A stretch of DNA of 64,000 nt from Eledone cirrhosa. Lineage: Eukaryota. Every line of letters starts with the position of its first letter. The stretch's first letter is position 1. This document shows positions 59,633 to 64,000 of this stretch, piece by piece. The stretch lies in assembly GCA_964016885.1 (NCBI GenBank), contig OZ024756.1, forward strand, positions 31,992,001 to 32,056,000, in the 5' to 3' direction. A program made the position numbers and the translations under genes. The notes beneath the pieces were generated by a model. It made no database searches. It saw nothing but the letters and a program-made list of their open reading frames with translations, and was not told the origin of the DNA.

Positions 59633-60188
59633 ATATGTGTATATGGATGTGTATGTATGTGTATGTGTGTACACATGGACTAGAGTATGTATGTATATAT
59701 GTGTGTGTCTATACGTGTGTATATAAAGATAAGTTGAGTATGAAAATGTATACACATGAGCGCGTATGTATGTACATGAATACATGTGTGTATATATATG
59801 TGTATGCATGTGTATATATATGTAAGTATGAATATGTGAATTGTGAGTATATGTATTTTGTAGAGGTGTGCAAATATATTTGTGTGTGAATGCGTGGGTG
59901 AAAGGATACGTACACTTGAAAGAAAAATTTAAGTCTGAATGTTAATTAAGTGCAAACACAAAACCAACCACGCATATCTTTACTATCTCTAATCCTTCTA
60001 TAGATTTAGAAAAATAACCAATAATATATTCTATAAAAAATGTCAAAACAACAGATGGGAATCTAATTACTCACTGCCACCAAGAATTCTCACTGCTATC
60101 GAAAAACCACTCCTTCAACTATTCTTCTAACAACTTCACCCCTCCCTCCTAATATTCTCTATAAAAACTAAATAGGTCCTCAGTAATA

Positions 60189-60305
60189 TTATTCTGATGA
60201 AATGACAGTAAATAATAACATTGAAATATTGAATGTCTGCATAACTAAAAGTTTGTAGATAGCTGTTTTAGGTTATGTAACTGTTATAGAAACACGTGTC
60301 AATAA
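60189..60305 (+). ncRNA. Hammerhead-like motif in the PLE pseudo-LTR (inverted copy at ~58683-58799)
   Basis: TTATT-CTGATGA-aATGACAGT...ACTGTTATa-GAAAC-ACGT-GTC-AATAA; palindrome ACACGTGT; A-A mismatch closes stem II. Confidence 0.7.
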
Positions 60306-60452
60306 ATTCCTTTCAACTAAACTGTATCCATTCAAATCTTTCTATTTTTCTCCGGATTACTTTTGGAACTACAACTGGAACCGTCGAGCAAACTCTACGT
60401 GAGCTGATAATCTACTGTGTGTAATATTTATATTACAACACAACGGAAAATA

Positions 60453-60508
<56 letters not shown>

Positions 60509-60540
60509 ATATATATATTACCTTTCATTTCTCATTCTAT

Positions 60541-60576
60541 CGTTTGATGAAGGACTAGTGTCCGAAACGTTAAGAC
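60541..60576 (+). ncRNA. Degenerate minimal hammerhead
   Basis: TTGATGA-a-GGAC tagt GTCC-GAAA-CGT-TA; stem I poorly paired. Confidence 0.45.
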
Positions 60577-60745
60577 TCTTTTCTACAATATCAATTGTTA
60601 AACAAATTATATCTGCTCTTTTCATACTAACTACAACAGCAACAAACAAGAAATAAAAGGAAATAACCGTAAAATTGTTTTAGAAATAACAATATAGTAT
60701 ATGCTAATTTCCAGGGTCTGGTCTCCAACAGAGCCTATTATGATC

Positions 60746-60836
60746 TGTTTCTACATTTGGCACAAGGCCAGTAATTACCCAGTTTATTACAGGTACTTTA
60801 TTTTATCGACCCCATAAGGATGAAAGGCACAGTTAA
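60746..60836 (-). mobile_element. SINE family 1, 3' fragment
   Basis: TGGCACAAGGCCAG...TCGACCCC...GGATGAAAGGCA. Confidence 0.85.
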
Positions 60837-60911
60837 ATGTAATACAATTGAGAGAGATATGAATGATACGCTACTACATCTATAAGACTTCTGACGTCAG
60901 CGGCTCTGCTT

Positions 60912-61593
60912 AACCACCGATGGACATATATATATATATACACACGTACGCACAAATATAGGGACAGAAACACATAAATACATGTACACTATATATATAT
61001 ATATTGTATATACATATATATATATATGTATTTATATATATATATATATATACACATAGATATACACATATATATACATATATGTGTGTTTGTATATATA
61101 TATATATATATATGGTATAAGCATATATATATATATATATATATGCATATATATATATATATATATATATAACCACCGATGGACATACTCTTTTACCTGT
61201 TTCAGCCATCCGGCTGAGGCCATACACACGTACGCACAAATATAGGGACAGAAACACATAAATACATGTACAATATATATATATATATATTGTATATACA
61301 TATATATATATATGTATTTATATATATATATATATACACATATATATATATATGTATTTATATATACATATATATACATATATATATATATACACATATA
61401 TATATATATACACATATAATACATATGTATTTATATACATATAGATATACACATATATATACATATATGTGTGTTTGTATATATATATATATATATGGTA
61501 TAAGCATATATATATATATATATAACCACCGATGGACATATATATATATACACGTACGCACAAATATAGGGACAGAAATACATAAATACATGT

Positions 61594-61600
<7 letters not shown>
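60912..61600. repeat. Imperfect tandem triplication (~260-350-bp unit interleaved with (TA)n)
   Basis: AACCACCGATGGACATA and CACGTACGCACAAATATAGGGACAGAAA each occur three times. Confidence 0.85.
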
Positions 61601-61651
<51 letters not shown>

Positions 61652-62156
61652 CAAAATTATATACATATATGTTTATGTATATGTAAGTATGTATGTACAT
61701 ACATATAAATGCATTCATGTATAAGTTTGTGTCTCTGTTTTTAAATGTGTGTGTATGTGTGTGTGTGTGTATCGAATTGCTTTATCAGCCTCTTGAGATT
61801 CTTAGGGATAAATATATTATGAGATTTGACGACAAACTTCGAGACTTATTAAGGCGTGAAAGTAACACACATAGATAGAAAGAGAAAATAGTGTTTAACA
61901 TGAGAATCAGAAACTAACCCTGAAGGATCGGAATAACACCGATATAATGTTCACATGTAAAGGTGATAACACAAATACGAACAAAGAACGAATATATTTT
62001 TTTTTACTTTTTAAAAATCAATAATATATTTGAAGATAACAGAATATTCGTTAGGATTAGCTAACGTAAAACTGTACAACTAGTAATTAAATTCATTAAC
62101 ATTAATTAGTGTTGTAAACACGCAACACACGTGGGTTCCAATCAAATACGTATATA

Positions 62157-62244
<88 letters not shown>

Positions 62245-62253
62245 CATACATAT

Positions 62254-62300
<47 letters not shown>

Positions 62301-62419
62301 CGTACATATATATGGAGAGAGAGAGAGAGAGAGTGAGCTTTCTCTCTCATTTGATGGGTTTTTCCAACGCCCATTATATATATATATGTGTATATGTATA
62401 CGTACATACGTACATATAC

Positions 62420-62544
<125 letters not shown>

Positions 62545-63287
62545 CATATATATATATATGTATATATATGTGTGTGTATATATGTATGTATGTATATATA
62601 CATATAGCACTGAAAATGCTAGTCACCTTAGTGTGTAAGGTTGCATAAATCTTACATGTATGTATGTAGTATACATATTTTCATTGTATAATAAATAATG
62701 ATGATGATAATAATAATAATAATAATACTTATAATAATATTATTAATAATAATGATTATGAGGTTGATAATAACATAATCCTCCATATATTTTTATATAT
62801 TTTTATATATCTTTATATATTTGTTATATTTATTTTTATCCTAATATATTTTTTTTTGCCATTTTTAGCAAGCATCACATAGTTTATCACCCAGCGCCGA
62901 TGGGATAATTGGTTTCAGATAAGGAAAGACTCTCAAGAAGATATATCTTGAAATACTGCCCAAATAACATAATCAGCCATTCAAATTGATTTTGGCACTG
63001 ATAAGAAAAGAAATATGATAACTTATCCTGAAAGTACAACCACTGACATCGTATAATGCATTAATTCAGGTCGCTTACAACACACTAACATACAAACGCT
63101 CGCTTAGTATATTTTCTTGACACTATATATATATATATAATTGGTGTGGGATATTTAAAGCGTCCGTATGTGGTAGGCCATATGAGCACTTGATGCTCTT
63201 ACAGAGCAGAGTATGAGCTTATGACAACAACAGGATCTAAGCTGTCGAGTGAGGCCCGCAGGTGTAACTGGACATTTGGAAACTCTG

Positions 63288-63378
63288 CATATTACAATCG
63301 TTTCTCTGGCGACCACCTCGAGGCACGATCGATATAATGATCGAACCTGACTCTGAAATCGCAAGGTCGTCAGATACG
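63288..63378 (-). ncRNA. Long-stem-II type I hammerhead between 27-bp inverted repeats (63262-63288 / 63394-63420)
   Basis: Reverse strand: CGTAT-CTGACGA-...GCGAT/GTCGC...-GAAAC-GATT-GTA-ATATG; shares CAGAGTCAGG with 48754-48838. Confidence 0.6.
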
Positions 63379-63438
63379 TCTCGATTCTACGAAGCAGAGT
63401 TTCTAAATGTCCAGTTACACACACACACACACACATAC

Positions 63439-63657
<219 letters not shown>

Positions 63658-63695
63658 TATATATATATATATATATATATGCATATATATGCGTA

Positions 63696-63765
63696 GTTTC
63701 CAGTCGGCAAAGAGGTGTAGAACTAATTAGGTTTCCAGTCGGCAAAGAGGTGTAGAACTAATTAG
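63696..63765. repeat. Perfect 35-bp tandem duplication
   Basis: GTTTCCAGTCGGCAAAGAGGTGTAGAACTAATTAG x2. Confidence 0.95.
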
Positions 63766-63805
63766 AATGTAATTATGATAATAAAAGGATGTTTTGTCAT
63801 GTCTT

Positions 63806-63933
63806 CATTACGTTTATTGAGAAGTAACTCGCGCTCCGATGAGCTTCGAATTCCAGTGTCGGGCTAGATAGATACAGTCGGACATTGAGCTAATAAATAG
63901 CGAAACACGCGTAACTAGTCAATAAACGTAATG
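63806..63933 (+). mobile_element. PLE-type fold-back with hammerhead-like core CCGAUGA
   Basis: CATTACGTTTATTGA / TCAATAAACGTAATG inverted arms; CCGATGA-GCT...AGC-GAAAC-ACGC-GTA; 5' strand of stem I is missing. Confidence 0.55.
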
Positions 63934-63956
63934 CAGACGTAACAGGTTGTTCTTTG

Positions 63957-63994
<38 letters not shown>

Positions 63995-64000
63995 TATGTA

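Overview
Animal nuclear DNA, very AT-rich and saturated with microsatellites ((TA)n, (TACA)n, (CA)n, (GA)n, (GAT)n, (AAG)n), with one 200-nt N gap. The SINE families resemble those I know from octopus/cephalopod genomes (inference). No host gene is convincingly supported, and nearly all listed ORFs are microsatellite translations. The real content is retroelement-derived: two tRNA-derived SINE families; fragments of RTE, R4/Dong-like, CRE-like and Vingi-like non-LTR elements; five copies of a ~600-bp internally deleted RTE derivative; and a 5'-truncated Penelope-like element (PLE) with a GIY-YIG domain. The main discovery is about 20 type I hammerhead ribozyme (HHR) motifs, folded by eye, from several unrelated short non-coding families. 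Most sit next to (TA)n tracts, and several show the PLE 'inverted arm + direct arm' architecture. Two families carry a compensatory U3-A8 core instead of C3-G8. One of them is a 591-nt tandemly repeated unit with one HHR per monomer, which looks like a retrozyme (candidate circular RNA).
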